From Macrostomum lignano (taxonomy: Eukaryota), in NCBI GenBank assembly GCA_002269645.1, contig NIVC01003878.1:1-64000 (forward strand): a stretch of DNA of 64,000 bases, given 5' to 3'. Position numbers and translations under genes: made by a program. The notes below the pieces were generated by a model. The model was not told where the DNA came from and did not search any database. It worked only from the letters and a program-made list of their open reading frames with translations. Every line of letters begins with the position of its first letter. Position 1 is the first letter of the stretch. This document shows, one piece after another, positions 62,701 through 64,000 of this stretch.

Positions 62701-63964
62701 GATTGGTCATAGACGATGGATTGGTCATAGATGATAGATTGGTCATAGATGATGGATTGGTCATAGACGATGGATTGGTCATAGATGATAGATTGTTCAT
62801 AGATAATAGATTGGTCATAGATGATAGCTTGTGCATAGATAATAGATTGGTCATAGATAATAGATTGGTCATAGATAATATATTGTTCATAGATAATAGA
62901 TTGGTCATAGATGATAGCTTGTGCATAGATAATAGATTGGTCATAGATGATAGATTCGTCATAGATGATAGACGGTCATAGAGCTGTCGTACCTTGTCCC
63001 TTGGCGTCGCCTTCCCCCCAGACCGCGGTGTTGTCGCCGGAAAGTCCGAAGCAACGGTGTCGTCGTCCTGATCGTCCAGGAACACCGCCTGCCTCTTCCG
63101 CTGTTCCATGGCCTGCTTGAGGTTGATCCTTGGGGAGGGCTCCTTGTCAACGCTGATGGACTCGCTCCAGTCGTCGTCATCGTCGTCATTGTCCGGAGCG
63201 TCCGGCTTCTTGCGATTGTTCGACTTGCTGGTGGCAGCTCGGTTCGCTGCCGTCTCGGGCACGACGGCCAGGGACGCTCGGCGGATTCGGAGCGCTGTTG
63301 GGAAGAAATCCCCCCCCGCTCATGAAAGTGAGGAACGTTTGTAACCGAAAATTTGCCAATTCAATGTTTTGTGAATAGAAATGAAAAGTGTTGAATAAAA
63401 AATTCAGTGTAGTCACTGGTTCATAATTTGTGATTTGTGATCCCAATAATCTGACAGATCCCACTCTGACTGATCCCACTCTGACTGATCCCACTCTGAC
63501 TGATCCCACTCTGACTGATCCCACTCTGACTGATCCCACTCTGACTGATCCCACTCTGACTGATCCCACTCTGACTGATCCCACTCTGACTGATCCCACT
63601 CTGACTGATCCCACTCTGACTGATCCCACTCTGACTGATCCCACTCTGACTGATCCCACTCTGACTGATCCCACTCTGACTGATCCCACTCTGACTGATC
63701 CCACTCTGACTGATCCCACTCTGACTGATCCCACTCTGACTGATCCCACTCTGACTGATCCCAAAAACAGGAGCACAAATTAGATGACGGGAGTCCCGGC
63801 TCCGAGATGCACCTGTCCGCTCAGCCTGATTCTGGCCGCCTCTGGCCCGAGGTCGTCCTCGCTGCCGCTGTCCAGTGAGGCGGACACGGCCGGGGAAGGG
63901 GAGCGGGAGCGGCGGCGGCTGTCGCGGACGATCGGCACCTTCAGAGACCTCGTCTGCTGAGTCT
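50652..63964 (-). CDS. ANKRD26: ANKRD26/CCDC144-like coiled-coil protein, 3' part (5' end beyond window)
   Basis: Exons 63964-63813 (frame uncertain), 63294-62993, 61450-61364, 61213-61022, 60545-60378, 60303-60235, 59676-59639, 59540-59466, 59173-58210, 57521-57213, 56466-56278, 55399-55145, 54443-54324, 53987-53916, 53588-53490, 53404-53280, 52810-52498, 51892-51689, 51268-50896, 50767-50652; phases consistent from 63294 down. C-terminal similarity to ANKRD26 recognised from memory: KYKEDVEHRARDELNQRLGQMNDHL, YRQLYDQEKRVRQKL, LRSELDRSISKHLE, YLDFLKKKYHV-stop. Ankyrin repeats not seen in window. Confidence 0.75.
50896..51268 (-). CDS. ANKRD26-like penultimate exon (DUF3496-like region)
   Basis: cgcag|ATG...G|gtgagt. 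Confidence 0.85.
51689..51892 (-). CDS. ANKRD26-like conserved exon (AYIKANFVAKCELAKYKEDVEHRAR...)
   Basis: cgcag|GCC...CAG|gtagct. Confidence 0.88.
52050..52200. repeat. Degenerate GATGACGTC-rich repeat with an internal ~85 bp duplication
   Basis: Multiple TGACGT motifs, one perfect TGACGTCA. Confidence 0.7.
52498..52810 (-). CDS. ANKRD26-like coiled-coil exon
   Basis: gacag|T TAT...AAG|gttagt. Confidence 0.88.
52848..53200. repeat. Degenerate ~78 bp tandem repeat, units anchored on CCAATCAGC-like motifs
   Basis: About 5 diverged units. Confidence 0.7.
54470..55060. repeat. 21 bp minisatellite (TATTCTACCCCATTCACAGTC)n
   Basis: Direct inspection. Confidence 0.95.
55440..55933. repeat. ~100 bp head + 24 bp array (AATGTACATTCTCTGGCGAGCCCC)n, copy 1
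   Basis: Head and unit shared with 57840-58196. Confidence 0.9.
56516..57150. repeat. Perfect 14 bp array (TAGATCCCAGATCC)n
   Basis: About 45 units, no variant seen. Confidence 0.97.
57213..57521 (-). CDS. ANKRD26-like coiled-coil exon
   Basis: ccccag|GAG...AAG|gtaggg; phase 0-0. Confidence 0.88.
57840..58196. repeat. ~100 bp head + 24 bp array, copy 2
   Basis: Shares ACAAAGTGCGGTGGTGTGAGAGTTGCGAATTTA and the same 24-mer with copy 1. Confidence 0.9.
58210..59173 (-). CDS. ANKRD26-like large coiled-coil exon
   Basis: ttccag|A CCG...CAG|gttagt; Ala/Glu/Arg heptad-rich. Confidence 0.9.
59735..60190. repeat. Degenerate AGATCC/TTCCCAG/AATCCCG composite repeat
   Basis: Direct inspection. Confidence 0.9.
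60620..60990. repeat. 14 bp array (CCCCAGATCCCACA)n decaying to (CACATCC)n
   Basis: Direct inspection. Confidence 0.93.
61022..61213 (-). CDS. ANKRD26-like exon with two SDWD motifs
   Basis: ttccag|GGC...GAG|gtaggc. Confidence 0.82.
61545..62980. repeat. 18 bp minisatellite (GATTGGTCATAGATGATA)n
   Basis: Direct inspection. Confidence 0.95.
62993..63294 (-). CDS. ANKRD26-like acidic/disordered exon
   Basis: aacag|CG...AAG|gtacga. Confidence 0.8.
63452..63762. repeat. Perfect 15 bp array (CTGACTGATCCCACT)n
   Basis: About 20 units. Confidence 0.97.
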
Positions 63965-64000
63965 CTGCGGCAGCAATGATGGAGACGGGTGGCGATTTAG

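Noticed and set aside
61634-62992. (SMTNLS)n extension of the 542 aa ORF
   Set aside because: Lies past a clear donor (AAG|gtacga); intronic 18 bp array.
63813-63964. Exact reading frame of the 5'-most ANKRD26-like exon
   Set aside because: Two frames are open and the phase link to the 63294 exon is ambiguous; left uncertain.

Overview
Eukaryotic (animal) genomic DNA: GC-rich exons separated by introns packed with diverse minisatellites. This style resembles the flatworm Macrostomum lignano (inference, not verified). I reconstructed four protein genes by hand from splice sites and frame continuity. (1) A single-exon neprilysin/M13-family type II membrane protein (+, 13364-15802) whose zinc motif is degenerate. 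(2) A complete 8-exon ADAM-family protein (-, 42957-20946, 1037 aa) with all zinc ligands lost. (3) A secreted PAN/apple + C-type lectin gene (+, 48359-49140) broken by two frameshifts. (4) The 3' ~20 exons of an ANKRD26-like coiled-coil gene (-, >63964-50652). Mobile DNA: three copies of a ~450 bp P-superfamily-like MITE (8 bp TSD), a hAT-like MITE, a decayed RTE-like LINE, and a 140 bp TG..CA solo-LTR-like insert with a 5 bp TSD. About 30 tandem arrays produce most long ORFs in the ORF track, and these are mostly spurious. One exception is worth testing: a 21 bp array whose recurrent variants are all synonymous in a (WNPHQLP)n frame. No rRNA, intact tRNA or CRISPR array was found.
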